Positions 1 to 9,644 of a stretch of 64,000 bases of DNA are shown here, one piece after another. A program made the translations under genes and the position numbers. Numbering within the stretch: position 1 is the stretch's first letter; each line of letters starts with the position of its first letter. The stretch comes from Bacteroidales bacterium. GTDB taxonomy: Bacteria > Bacteroidota > Bacteroidia > Bacteroidales > VadinHA17. The notes below the pieces were generated by a model that saw only the letters and a list, made by a program, of their open reading frames with translations, had not been told where the DNA came from and did no database searches. The stretch lies in contig JAXLTT010000005.1 in NCBI GenBank assembly GCA_046329875.1, positions 64,507 through 128,506 on the forward strand, read 5' to 3'.

Positions 1-1
1 C

Positions 2-1366
2 GGGAAAATTACTGAAACACCCCCGATGAACAGCAGTCTAAGGTATGTTCCCGGAAGGGAGGTGCGGCAACCTGCCACTTACCTCAGTTTTGCATCAACT
101 GAAGGGATACTTAGGGCTGCCGAAAACTGCAATGGTTCAGGCGATTGCCGTAAAACCATTGTAACCGGCGGACTAATGTGCCCAAGTTACATGGCGACAC
201 TTGATGAACGCAATACAACAAGGGCAAGGGCGAATGTTTTACGGGAATTCATGAGCAGACCCGACGAGGATCCATGGGGTCATAAGGAAGTGTACGATAT
301 ACTTGACCTGTGCCTGTCGTGCAAGGGCTGCAAATCTGAATGCCCGTCAAATGTTGACATCGCTAAGATCAAGGCTGAATACCTCCAGCATTATTACGAC
401 CGTAAAGGTGTTCCTTTCCGTTCGTGGCTCGTAGCCTGGTTCCCGTCATTCAACAATATTGGTTCATTGCTTCCTGGTTTTTATAATTTCTTTGTTTCCA
501 ACAAGTTATTCTCATATATTATAAAGAAATCCGTGGGATTTGCCACGGGCAGATCCATACCATTGATTTATAAAACAACGCTGAGGCGATGGATTTCAAA
601 GCATGGCAAAGCGCTTCAGCCTGAATCACCAAAAGGTAGGCTATGCCTTTTTATTGATGAATTCACTAATTATAATGATACGGAAGCCGGGATTGCTGCA
701 TACAGATTATTCACATCCCTTGGATACGAGGTAATTACAGCGGATCACGGCGTATCTGGAAGAACATTTATTTCCAAGGGTCTTGTGCGTAAGGCAGGCA
801 CAATTGCACGAAAGAACATAAGTATTCTTTCGGGCATAATTGACGAAAACACCCCGCTTGTCGGGATAGAACCTTCTGCCCTACTAGGCTTTCGTGATGA
901 GTATCCCGATATGGCCGGAACAGAGCTTGAGGACGCCGCACGCAAACTGGCTGAGAACAGTTTTCTTGCAGATGAATTTATTGCACGTGAGGCAGCTGCC
1001 GGCAGGATAAGTGCTGACAGCTTCACTACGGAAAGCCGGGTATTACTGTTCCATACTCATTGTCAGCAGAAAGCTGTTGGCTCATCAGCATCCCTCGTTT
1101 CTGCACTGGGTCTGCCTGCAAATTACAATGTTAAGGAGATCATGTCGGGTTGCTGTGGCATGGCAGGTTCTTTCGGATATGAAAAGGAACATTTCGAGTT
1201 ATCAAACAAGATCGGAGAACTGGCACTTTTCCCTGAAGTAAGAAAAACAGGACCGGAAGTCATTATTTCCGCTCCAGGCACAAGCTGCAGGCATCATATA
1301 AAGGATGGTACCGGGCGGATTGCTTTGCATCCTGTACAGGTACTCTATGAAGCGCTGAAAAAGTAA
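2..1366 (+). CDS. FAD-linked oxidase / Fe-S oxidoreductase, C-terminal Fe-S + CCG half (YdiJ/GlcF-like); 5' end cut by window edge
   Basis: Frame stays open from nt 2 to the ATG at 26. It carries a ferredoxin-type CLSCKGCKSECP motif and a C-terminal CCG motif (SGCCGMAGSFG). Both are typical of the C-terminal half of large YdiJ-type proteins. Confidence 0.75.
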   Translation, partial: GKITETPPMNSSLRYVPGREVRQPATYLSFASTEGILRAAENCNGSGDCRKTIVTGGLMCPSYMATLDERNTTRARANVLREFMSRPDEDPWGHKEVYDILDLCLSCKGCKSECPSNVDIAKIKAEYLQHYYDRKGVPFRSWLVAWFPSFNNIGSLLPGFYNFFVSNKLFSYIIKKSVGFATGRSIPLIYKTTLRRWISKHGKALQPESPKGRLCLFIDEFTNYNDTEAGIAAYRLFTSLGYEVITADHGVSGRTFISKGLVRKAGTIARKNISILSGIIDENTPLVGIEPSALLGFRDEYPDMAGTELEDAARKLAENSFLADEFIAREAAAGRISADSFTTESRVLLFHTHCQQKAVGSSASLVSALGLPANYNVKEIMSGCCGMAGSFGYEKEHFELSNKIGELALFPEVRKTGPEVIISAPGTSCRHHIKDGTGRIALHPVQVLYEALKK

Positions 1367-1399
1367 GTCGGAAGTCGGAAGATATAGCCTTTAAGACAA

Positions 1400-2179
1400 T
1401 CAGACATTCAGATTGAACTTGTCTGAATCCTTCCATACAGGAAACTTAGTCCTGAACTCCCTGAGCTGCTGAATGTTGAGTTCAGCTGTAATATGACCGG
1501 CATCTGCTTCGGTAAGATTTATCATAATTTTGCCTTTCGGGTCAATGACTGCTGATTCACCTGCATAATGGTTTCCTTCGGGGTCATTTCCAATCCTGTT
1601 AACACCTGCTACAAAGCACTGGTTTTCTATAGCCCTTGCTTTAAGAAGTATATTCCAGACTTCCCTTCTTGATTCCGGCCAGTTTGCTACACACACAAGC
1701 AAATCGTAGTCATTCCTGTTTCTCAGCCATACGGGGAAGCGCAGGTCGTAGCAGATGCAAGGCATTATCCTTAGTCCTCCATAGGATATTACAACCCTTT
1801 CTTTCCCGGCGTTAAAGTTCCTGTCCTCCCCGCCCGGGCCGAACAGGTGTCTTTTATCATATTTATACATGCTGCCATCAGGAGTCGCAAACAGGAACCT
1901 GTTAAGGTGTTTCTGTCCTTCCTTCACGATTATACTACCGCAGACTGCAAGATTATAGTGGCTTGCAATGTTTTTCATCCATGCTGCTGAAGGGCCCTGC
2001 ATTGTTTCTGCAAGATCACGGGATCTCATTGAGAATCCTGTTGTAAACATTTCCGGAAGAACAACAAGATCGGTTGTCCCGGAAAGTTTGCCTATATGCA
2101 TACCAAGGATGTCGAGGTTGGCACTTTTGTCCTCCCAGAATATATCAGTCTGCAAAAGTGTGATACGCATAAACAACAC
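1400..2179 (-). CDS. carbon-nitrogen hydrolase family protein (omega-amidase / YafV-like)
   Basis: N-terminus reads RITLLQTDIFWEDK and the catalytic-Cys context is CICYDLRFP, in a nitrilase-superfamily layout. An alternative ATG lies at 2170. Confidence 0.8.
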   Translation of the reverse strand: MLFMRITLLQTDIFWEDKSANLDILGMHIGKLSGTTDLVVLPEMFTTGFSMRSRDLAETMQGPSAAWMKNIASHYNLAVCGSIIVKEGQKHLNRFLFATPDGSMYKYDKRHLFGPGGEDRNFNAGKERVVISYGGLRIMPCICYDLRFPVWLRNRNDYDLLVCVANWPESRREVWNILLKARAIENQCFVAGVNRIGNDPEGNHYAGESAVIDPKGKIMINLTEADAGHITAELNIQQLREFRTKFPVWKDSDKFNLNV

Positions 2180-2219
2180 AGGCCCCGGAGGGCCTGCTAG
2201 ATTTATATTGTGTGAGTAT

Positions 2220-3380
2220 TTACTTCTTTATCTCCTTATAATAATCACGGAAGATATTATTTATAAGCGGCCTGTAATAGAGCCAGAAGAATCTTCTAAG
2301 GTCGGTGACTTCTTCGGAGTATGAAATTCCTTTTATACCACCGAAGCCTTTGAACCTCGCAGTCCAGAAATCAACCTTGTTTGCTGCAAAGTCACCGCAG
2401 AAGTACCATGTCCTGTGGCTGCTTAATGTATCTGTGATAACAGCAGGGAATACTTTCGGAATCTGGTTTTCAGTAAGAATAGTGTCTCCTATTGCGGTTG
2501 TCTCGAGGCTGTACTGGGAAACAACGGTTGAGCTTTTGGGGTCGATTATATCAAACCATCCGCCAAAACCGATCTTGTCGGCTACGCCGTATTTAACCCT
2601 GTAGCTTGAGTCTGTAGATATGACAGGCAATGCACTTTTGAGCTGTAAACCTTCTTCCATTACGATTATCTCGCTACCCTTAAGCAGAACGATACCTGGT
2701 TTATTGAAGGTCCATGGCTTACGGTACTGTTTCCTGTACATGGCTGTCATCCAGATAGGAAAGTCAGCATTCTCTGTATTTGCAGTATCGAGGGTTGCAA
2801 AGTATTTACCTGTCCATCCGTTGAATTCAATACCAAGTCTTTCTTTAGTCTTGTATCTTTCAAGGTCTGGCGTGGGATAATCGAAGGTATTGTACTCGAG
2901 TATGCAGAGTTTGTTTCTCTTCTGCATTTCAAAAAGGTAGAGGAAATCTACGTTGTTAAGACCCCCGTAGAGTTTCCTTGATCTCCTGCTCTTATTGATT
3001 CCTTTGTACCAGTCGTTGAAGAATACACCGTATGTATCTGTGTAATAAAGGGCATCCGACTTATCCACAACCTTCATGATATCAGGAAGCCTGAGGTTAT
3101 TCTGTTTGTACTGTTTTTCGCGTAATGGCCTGGTCGGAATGAAACCAAAATAGTCTTTTTTGTAAGAATAACTTCCCCCGCTCCTCTTCACGAACCTCTC
3201 ATTTGTAAGGATCCAGGTAAAGGATTTGTGATTTATTCTTTCAAGTGTGGGAACAGTTTTATCCAGGATAATTATATCCATAGGCTTTTTGGCCTGGAAT
3301 GTCCACCTGACTAAACTGATGACAGGCAGGACGAGTAATACTGCCAGTACAATAACAACAATAAGTAGAGGCTTTTTCAT
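2220..3380 (-). CDS. hypothetical protein with a single N-terminal membrane anchor
   Basis: 386-aa ORF with the hydrophobic N-terminus MKKPLLIVVIVLAVLLVLPVISL. It lies 40 nt upstream of, and co-oriented with, the CN-hydrolase gene. I recognise no family motif. Confidence 0.6.
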   Translation of the reverse strand: MKKPLLIVVIVLAVLLVLPVISLVRWTFQAKKPMDIIILDKTVPTLERINHKSFTWILTNERFVKRSGGSYSYKKDYFGFIPTRPLREKQYKQNNLRLPDIMKVVDKSDALYYTDTYGVFFNDWYKGINKSRRSRKLYGGLNNVDFLYLFEMQKRNKLCILEYNTFDYPTPDLERYKTKERLGIEFNGWTGKYFATLDTANTENADFPIWMTAMYRKQYRKPWTFNKPGIVLLKGSEIIVMEEGLQLKSALPVISTDSSYRVKYGVADKIGFGGWFDIIDPKSSTVVSQYSLETTAIGDTILTENQIPKVFPAVITDTLSSHRTWYFCGDFAANKVDFWTARFKGFGGIKGISYSEEVTDLRRFFWLYYRPLINNIFRDYYKEIKK

Positions 3381-3539
3381 AACTGCTTAAATATTTGAAA
3401 ATATTCAAGTATCGTAATTGTCTTCAAACTAATGCTATATCTGATAAACTCAAATTGACCTGTTAAAAGTATTAATTTATTTTTTTTAATGAAAATTATT
3501 TTAGGCCAAATTAGTAAAAATTATTCACATCCCAACATA

Positions 3540-5249
3540 TCAGTAGCCCGCTGCTGAATTGTTTCCTCGCCTGTCCGCACCGCTATATAATATGCCTTTC
3601 CCGTTCCTTAGAATGGCATTGACGCTTCCTATCTGTCCTCTTATTCTTATAATGTACCCCATCCTTTCCAGTCCCGATACAACAAGGCTGTCGGCAGTGC
3701 CTTCTTCCATGAAGACAAGGTCAGGCAGCCACTGATGGTAGAACCTGTTTTCGTCAGTTGCCATACCAATGTCCATCCTGAAGTCGATTACGTTAAGAAT
3801 GTTCTGGAAGACAGTTGTCGGTATTGTTGAGCCCCCTGGTGAGCCTGTAACCATGAATAGTGAATCTCCTTTTGTAATTATTACAGGCGTCATTGAGCTG
3901 AGCATTCTTTTGCCCGGAACAATCGAGTTAGCTTCGCCGCCGGTGAGACCGTACATGTTTGGAAAGCCAGGCTTCACTGAAAAATCATCCATTTCGTTAT
4001 TAAGCAGAAAGCCTGCACCGGCAACTGAAATGCAGGAACCAAATGTGCCGTTTAGTGTTGTTGTGGTTGATACGGCATTCCCTTCACTGTCTACAACAGA
4101 ATAGTGCGTTGTCTCCTCGCTTTCAGCATCTGTGGGATCACCCTGCCGTATAAGTGCAGATGGTGTGGCTTTCCCCAGATCAAAGTCTGACATCCTTTCT
4201 AAAAGATAGCTGCTGTCGGTAAGCCCTTTAACCGGAACTTTGACAAAGTCTGCATCCCCGGCAAAAAATGCCCTGTCGGCAAAAGCTCTTCTTTCAACCT
4301 CTACCATTATATGTATGGAGGCAGTGGAATGAAATTCCTTTTCCTGCAGCCTGAATTTCTCAACCATGCCAAGCATCTGTAGCAGTGCAATGCCGCCTCC
4401 GGATGGTGGAGGAATTGTTATTATTTTGTAACCGTGATAGTTGCCTTCAATCGTGTTTCTCCACACTGAATTGTATGAATCCATATCTTCCTTTGAGATC
4501 AATCCTTTATTGTCTTCCATCTGGTTTACTATCAGCTCAGCTATCTTCCCCGAATAGAACCCTTCCCTGCCCTTATCGCGAATCAGTGTAAGGGTTAATG
4601 CAAGCTCAGGCTGCCTGAAGAGGTCTCCCTCTTTCCATAGCGAGTCTTTGGCAAATGCTGTAGGCTTCCTGTTTCTTGAGAGGAATGCATCCCTTGATCC
4701 GTTCAGCGACCTTGCCTGCCCATCTGAAAGTATATAACCATTCTCTGCAAGGTCTATGGCTGGCTGGATCACATCTTTAAGAGGCAGCCTGCCGTATTTC
4801 CTGTGAGCCTCAAGCAGACCGTCAACAGAACCAGGCACTCCGCTGGCCAGAAAGGTGCTTGTGCTAAGACCTTCCACCGGATTGCCGTTATTATCAAGGT
4901 ACATGTTACGTGTTGCTTTCAGTGGTGCTTTTTCCCTGTAATCAAGAACATTTTTTGTTCCGTCAGCCATTCTTATAAGCATAAAACCGCCGCCGCCAAG
5001 GTTCCCGGCTTCAGGGTAGCAGACAGCAAGTGCAAAGCCTGTGGCAACTGCCGCATCAACAGCATTGCCACCTTTCTTGAGGATCTTTACTCCTGCAATT
5101 GAAGCTTCGCGGTGAGCAGATACAACCATTCCCTTTGATGAGCTGATGTTTCTCCCTGCCTCTATACCGCTAAGGTCCGATGAAGCATTAAAGCACCCTG
5201 TGAGGAGGATTGCAAGAAATGTAAAAAGAATGGTTGCAGATAATTTCAT
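3540..5249 (-). CDS. ggt: gamma-glutamyltransferase (lipoprotein-type signal)
   Basis: Contains the GGGGFM motif and the autoprocessing/catalytic motif ETTHYSVVD. The likely start is MKLSATILFTFLAILLTGC (ATG 5249), which gives a lipobox; the ORF track extends to 5276. Confidence 0.9.
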   Translation of the reverse strand: MKLSATILFTFLAILLTGCFNASSDLSGIEAGRNISSSKGMVVSAHREASIAGVKILKKGGNAVDAAVATGFALAVCYPEAGNLGGGGFMLIRMADGTKNVLDYREKAPLKATRNMYLDNNGNPVEGLSTSTFLASGVPGSVDGLLEAHRKYGRLPLKDVIQPAIDLAENGYILSDGQARSLNGSRDAFLSRNRKPTAFAKDSLWKEGDLFRQPELALTLTLIRDKGREGFYSGKIAELIVNQMEDNKGLISKEDMDSYNSVWRNTIEGNYHGYKIITIPPPSGGGIALLQMLGMVEKFRLQEKEFHSTASIHIMVEVERRAFADRAFFAGDADFVKVPVKGLTDSSYLLERMSDFDLGKATPSALIRQGDPTDAESEETTHYSVVDSEGNAVSTTTTLNGTFGSCISVAGAGFLLNNEMDDFSVKPGFPNMYGLTGGEANSIVPGKRMLSSMTPVIITKGDSLFMVTGSPGGSTIPTTVFQNILNVIDFRMDIGMATDENRFYHQWLPDLVFMEEGTADSLVVSGLERMGYIIRIRGQIGSVNAILRNGKGILYSGADRRGNNSAAGY

Positions 5250-5377
5250 AATATACCAGACTTCAAAAATAGTCAAATGGTCGCATCATGTCCAGGTTTA
5301 TTTTCCGACATATCAACATTTAATTAACCTGGGGGCCATAAAACTCTTTTTGTTACCTTTACCGCAATTAGAATAAA

Positions 5378-6688
5378 ATGCTGGCCAATCAACCTCTAGC
5401 TGAAAGGATGCGTCCCAGGGATCTGAATGATTTCTGCGGACAGGAGCATCTTGTTGGTCCCAATGCAGTTTTGAGAAAGGTAATAGAATCGGGCAATATC
5501 CCTTCCTTTATCCTTTGGGGACCTCCTGGCGTAGGGAAGACTACTCTTGCAGGCATTATTGCAGCCACACTGAAGAGGTCATTTTTTTCACTTAGTGCAG
5601 TTCATTCTGGTGTAAAGGATGTACGGGAGACAATTGAAAAAGCAAAAAAACAGCAGTTCTTCAATAATCCCAACCCGGTTCTATTCATAGATGAAATACA
5701 CAGGTTCAACAAATCACAACAGGACTCACTTTTGGGGGCCGTTGAACAGGGAGTCATAACACTTATCGGTGCCACAACGGAAAACCCGTCATTCGAGGTT
5801 ATTTCACCGCTTCTTTCAAGATGCCAGGTCTATACAATGAAACCTCTTAATGATACTGAACTGAAAGGACTTATTGATAAGGCTGTAAAACAGGATACCT
5901 ACCTGTCTGATCTTGATATTGTAATTGAGGAATATGAAGCACTGCTAAGATTCTCAGGCGGTGATGCCCGGAAGCTTTATAATGCGCTTGAGCTTGTTGT
6001 TACTTCAGTTATGGATGAAGCAGAGGATGGAAAGATCATAATAAGTGATGAAAAAGTGCTTCACCATGTACAGAAAAACCTTGCCCTTTATGATAAGAAT
6101 GGTGAGCAGCACTATGATATAATCTCAGCATTTATAAAATCAATCCGCGGAAGTGACCCAAATGCTGCAGTATACTGGCTTGCAAGGATGGTTGAAGGCG
6201 GCGAGGACCCTAAATTTATTGCAAGGAGGATGGTTATTCTTGCTGCTGAGGACATCGGGCTTGCAAATCCCAACGCCCTTCTTCTTGCGCAGACAGCCTT
6301 CGAGGCTGTTAACATGATTGGCTGGCCCGAATCGAGGATCATCCTTTCTGAAGCTGCAATATACCTTGCAACATCTCCCAAGAGCAACTCATCATGTGCG
6401 GCCATCGACAGTGCGCAGGCGCTGGTAAGGGAAACAGGAGATCTCCCCGTCCCTCTTCACATAAGGAATGCGCCAACAAAGCTTATGAAGAACCTTGGCT
6501 ACGGCAAGGATTACAAGTATGCACATAGTTATGAAGGAAATTTCATACCTGATAATTTTCTTCCTGAGGAGATAAAAGGAACGCATATTTTTGAGCCTGG
6601 TTCCAATCCGAAAGAGGATGAGATAAGAAGGAGACTGGCCAGGATGTGGAAAGATATTTATGATTACGATGATGGCGGAAGTAATTAA
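5378..6688 (+). CDS. rarA: replication-associated recombination protein A (AAA+ ATPase)
   Basis: Walker A GPPGVGKTT, Walker B/sensor FIDEIHRFNKSQQD, and a C-terminal MgsA-type domain (NAAVYWLARM, HIRNAPTKLMK). Confidence 0.9.
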   Translation: MLANQPLAERMRPRDLNDFCGQEHLVGPNAVLRKVIESGNIPSFILWGPPGVGKTTLAGIIAATLKRSFFSLSAVHSGVKDVRETIEKAKKQQFFNNPNPVLFIDEIHRFNKSQQDSLLGAVEQGVITLIGATTENPSFEVISPLLSRCQVYTMKPLNDTELKGLIDKAVKQDTYLSDLDIVIEEYEALLRFSGGDARKLYNALELVVTSVMDEAEDGKIIISDEKVLHHVQKNLALYDKNGEQHYDIISAFIKSIRGSDPNAAVYWLARMVEGGEDPKFIARRMVILAAEDIGLANPNALLLAQTAFEAVNMIGWPESRIILSEAAIYLATSPKSNSSCAAIDSAQALVRETGDLPVPLHIRNAPTKLMKNLGYGKDYKYAHSYEGNFIPDNFLPEEIKGTHIFEPGSNPKEDEIRRRLARMWKDIYDYDDGGSN

Positions 6689-6759
6689 TTTTTATAATTT
6701 TACAAACACAGTTCAAAACATAAAAAGACTGATTACAATTGTTTAACAATAACTATTTT

Positions 6760-7464
6760 ATGAAAAAGCTATTCTTACTTACAACCTGCCTTCTGGCAGC
6801 TGCAGTTATTAACGCCCAGACACTTGAGGAAATCGTAAAGAAGTATTCTGTAGCGAATAAGCTCGATCAGATAACTAATTTCAAGACAATCAAGATCACA
6901 GGCAAAATGTCTATGATGGGAATGGAACTTCCCATGGAAATGTGGATGAAAAATCCTGACAAGATCAAATCTGTTACCAGTTTCAATGGCCAGGAGATAG
7001 TACAGGTATTCGATGGTCAGAAAGGTTATATGCTTAACCCTATGACAGGCTCCTCCACTCCTACTGATATGGATCCTGAAACCGCGGCCAGCCTTAAGCG
7101 CAGCAACCTTTTCCAGAATTACCTTGTAAATTATCTCAAAGAAGGTAAACTGGCACTTGAAGCTGAAGAAGCTGTAAACGGAACACCATGTTTCAAAATC
7201 AAGGTAAGTGCTGACGGCGGTTCAACAATTTACATGTTTGTTGACAAATCTACCTACAGGCTTGTTAAAAACAGTGCAACTGTAAACAACCAGGGTATGG
7301 ATGTGACAGTTGAGTCATTCCCTTCAGACTATAAGGATTTCAACGGTGTTCTTCTTCCTACAAAAACCACAACCTCGGCAAACGGGATGGAATTTGTTCT
7401 TGAGTTCACGAATGTGGAAGTAAATATTCCTATCGAGGACAGCGTTTTTACAATCAAAATGTAA
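6760..7464 (+). CDS. secreted hypothetical protein (possibly LolA-like/lipoprotein-sorting fold)
   Basis: Signal peptide MKKLFLLTTCLLAAAVINAQ if translation starts at ATG 6760; the ORF track starts at 6739. The fold assignment is only an impression and is not verified. Confidence 0.55.
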   Translation: MKKLFLLTTCLLAAAVINAQTLEEIVKKYSVANKLDQITNFKTIKITGKMSMMGMELPMEMWMKNPDKIKSVTSFNGQEIVQVFDGQKGYMLNPMTGSSTPTDMDPETAASLKRSNLFQNYLVNYLKEGKLALEAEEAVNGTPCFKIKVSADGGSTIYMFVDKSTYRLVKNSATVNNQGMDVTVESFPSDYKDFNGVLLPTKTTTSANGMEFVLEFTNVEVNIPIEDSVFTIKM

Positions 7465-7491
7465 TGGGATCAATCCCGGCATAAATAAAGC

Positions 7492-7520
7492 GGGCCGCGA
7501 TATGCGGCCCATTTTATTTT
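7492..7520. terminator. GC-rich hairpin terminator shared by the convergent secreted-protein gene and rnpB
   Basis: GGGCCGC-gatat-GCGGCCC followed by ATTTTATTTT on the plus strand. On the minus strand the same hairpin is followed by GCTTTATTT. Confidence 0.6.
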
Positions 7521-7926
7521 GCAGCCGGCCTGTAAGCCGGATTCTGTGAATGGCCAATCTTCTGCGAGAGAAACCTGGCCCCTTTCCATCATTTATCTAG
7601 CCATGCCATTGCTGGCATGATCATACGACCTACCCCCCGGCATCGGGCGAGCAGCCCTAATAAGCCGGTATACATGGTCTTTCAACCCATGAGTTGTACG
7701 GCACCCCGTGTTGCCACGGGACCCGGTGGGCTCTTACCCCGCCTTTTCACCCTTGCCGGCCGAAGCTTTAGCGAAGGCTGACCTTGCCAAACTCCAATCA
7801 GCGGTTCTTTTCTGTTACATTACTATACCCTCGCGGATATCTTCCCGTTAGGAAGCATGGTGCTCTTTGTTGCCCGGACTTTCCTTTCTGCGCCAACAGG
7901 CGCAGAACGATGGAACAGCCTGCTGC
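7521..7926 (-). ncRNA. rnpB: RNase P RNA, bacterial type A
   Basis: The reverse complement contains GAAAGGAAAGTCCGGGC (plus-strand 7872-7888), AAGGGTGAAAAGGCGGGGTAAGAGCCCACC (7725-7754) and ACAGAATCCGGCTTA (7533-7547). The 5' CAGCAGGCTG and 3' CAGGCCGGCTG ends can form P1. End coordinates are good to about +/-10 nt. Confidence 0.88.
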
Positions 7927-7930
7927 GCTG

Positions 7931-7938
7931 CAAAATTA
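7931..7938 (-). promoter_or_regulatory. Bacteroidota-type -7 box (TAATTTTG) for rnpB
   Basis: Plus-strand CAAAATTA is the reverse complement of TAATTTTG, which matches TAnnTTTG. It sits about 5 nt upstream of the inferred rnpB 5' end. Confidence 0.5.
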
Positions 7939-7983
7939 GAATATTTTAATGAAATATATACTTTTGCTCCGGAGCAAAAGAAA

Positions 7984-8080
7984 CCCTTTGTGTACTTAGT
8001 GGGTACTTTGTGTTACTTTGTGGTTAAATTGTTTTTTACCACAAAGGATCACTAAGTAAGAACAAAGGTCCACAAAGGAA
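7984..8080. repeat. CTTTGTG / CACAAAG word cluster (3 direct + 3 inverted copies) with a central 9-bp-stem hairpin
   Basis: CTTTGTG at 7986, 8006 and 8016; CACAAAG or ACAAAG at 8040, 8062 and 8071. The stem CTTTGTGGT (8016-8024) pairs with ACCACAAAG (8038-8046). Confidence 0.7.
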
Positions 8081-8105
8081 GAGCTGTTTTTAAAAACAAG
8101 GTCGC

Positions 8106-9311
8106 ATGTTATCTCATATTTCCCCTGAATACTATTATAACCTGCCTGAGGAGAGGATTGCCCAGTATCCCCTGCCCGAGAGGGATCTTTCAAAAATGCT
8201 TGTTTACAGGGATGGCGAAATATCAACTGATATATTCAGGAATGCTGCTGACTATATACCACACGGTTCCTTGCTTGTCTTCAATAATACAAAAGTCATA
8301 AGGGCCAGGCTTATTTTCAGGAAGGATTCAGGTGCACGAATTGAAATATTCTGCCTGGAGCCATCAGACCCCGCTGATTATTCAGTTTCTTTTTCTTCAC
8401 GCAACAGAGTGGAATGGAAATGTCTAGTCGGCAACCTTAAGAGATGGAAATCCGGTCCGCTTGAACTTGACTTTAAAAGCGATAACAGAAGATTCAGGCT
8501 TATTGCTGAACGCATTTCAGGAGACGGTGACTCATCGGTTATCAGGTTCACATGGGATAACGGGGATCTCACTTTTGGCGACATAATTGAATCGGCAGGC
8601 CATATTCCCCTTCCGCCTTATATAAACAGGGATGATGAAGATTCGGATAATGTAACATACCAGACAATATATTCACTTGTAAAAGGCTCTGTTGCCGCAC
8701 CGACTGCCGGTCTTCATTTTACAAGGAAAGTATTTGATGAGCTCGATAAAAAGGATATTGAACGTGCATACCTTACACTGCATGTAGGCGCCGGAACATT
8801 TCAGCCTGTTAAAGACGGTAATCTCACGGAACATAAAATGCATACTGAGCATTTTTATGTAACAGCAGAAACTATAGAATCACTTATAAAAAAATCCGGG
8901 AAGATCATTGCAGTTGGCACAACCTCTGTCAGAACTCTTGAAAGCTTATACTGGATAGGCTGCAAGCTGGGTGACGGTAAGGTTCACGGAACGACTGATC
9001 TTTTTACAGGGCAATGGGATCCATACGAAAGCAATGATGGTCCCGACCCCAGCCAGGCACTCGAAAATATACTCGATTATATGTCGGCAAATGGTCTGAA
9101 AGCCCTGCATGCTCCAACAAGGATAATAATTGTTCCGGGCTACAGGTTCAGGATCACAAATGGTATCATCACAAATTTTCACCAGCCCGGGAGCACCCTG
9201 CTCCTTCTTGTTTCAGCGTGGGTCGGAGAAAAGTGGACTGATATTTACAGGTATGCTCTTGATAACGGTTTCAGGTTTCTTAGTTACGGGGACAGTTCTC
9301 TGTTGCTTTAA
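8106..9311 (+). CDS. queA: S-adenosylmethionine:tRNA ribosyltransferase-isomerase
   Basis: N-terminal YNLPEERIAQYPLPERDLSKMLV plus the GTTSVRTLES and FRFLSYGDSSLL motifs typical of QueA. Confidence 0.9.
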   Translation: MLSHISPEYYYNLPEERIAQYPLPERDLSKMLVYRDGEISTDIFRNAADYIPHGSLLVFNNTKVIRARLIFRKDSGARIEIFCLEPSDPADYSVSFSSRNRVEWKCLVGNLKRWKSGPLELDFKSDNRRFRLIAERISGDGDSSVIRFTWDNGDLTFGDIIESAGHIPLPPYINRDDEDSDNVTYQTIYSLVKGSVAAPTAGLHFTRKVFDELDKKDIERAYLTLHVGAGTFQPVKDGNLTEHKMHTEHFYVTAETIESLIKKSGKIIAVGTTSVRTLESLYWIGCKLGDGKVHGTTDLFTGQWDPYESNDGPDPSQALENILDYMSANGLKALHAPTRIIIVPGYRFRITNGIITNFHQPGSTLLLLVSAWVGEKWTDIYRYALDNGFRFLSYGDSSLLL

Positions 9312-9333
9312 GGCGAAAGTATAAAGGCGAAAG
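9311..9333 (+). repeat. two AGGCGAAAG words 14 nt apart, starting in the queA stop codon
   Basis: AGGCGAAAG at 9311-9319 and at 9325-9333. Confidence 0.7.
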
Positions 9334-9425
9334 AGGGCCGAGCGTTAATAAATTGCCTGAATGGCAATTTTAGCGAGGAGCCAGGATGCAGCGATGGCTG
9401 CAAAAGGCACAAGCTACGAAGAACT

Positions 9426-9472
9426 TACACAGAGGTACACAGAGGTTCACAGAGTTACACAGAGATTCAAAG
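9426..9472. repeat. CACAGAG heptamer word cluster (4 copies at 10-11 nt spacing plus a degenerate copy)
   Basis: The sequence reads tacacagaggtacacagaggttcacagagttacacagagattcaaagaag. Confidence 0.75.
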
Positions 9473-9523
9473 AAGTGGATATCAGACTGCCAGCCTTCGC
9501 AAAAGCTTCGGCTGCCAAAGCAA

Positions 9524-9644
9524 GACTGCACGACTGGCAAGACCTGCAAGACCTGCAAGACTGGCAAGACTGGCACGACCGGCACGACCGGCACGACCGG
9601 CACGACTGGCAAGACCTGCAAGACCTGCACGACCGGCACGACCT
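9524..9644. repeat. 9-bp tandem repeat GACYKGCAM, about 13 copies
   Basis: gactggcaa gacctgcaa gacctgcaa gactggcaa gactggcac gaccggcac x3 gactggcaa gacctgcaa gacctgcac gaccggcac gacc. Confidence 0.85.

Noticed and set aside
7867-8055. 62-aa ORF (and the 76-aa ORF at 7996-8226 on the minus strand) near the rnpB 5' end.
   Set aside because: They overlap the RNase P RNA gene, its promoter and the word-repeat spacer, and they have no coding signal.
9524-9644. Possible CRISPR array.
   Set aside because: The repeat unit is only 9 bp and strictly tandem with no spacers, and there are no cas genes in the window.
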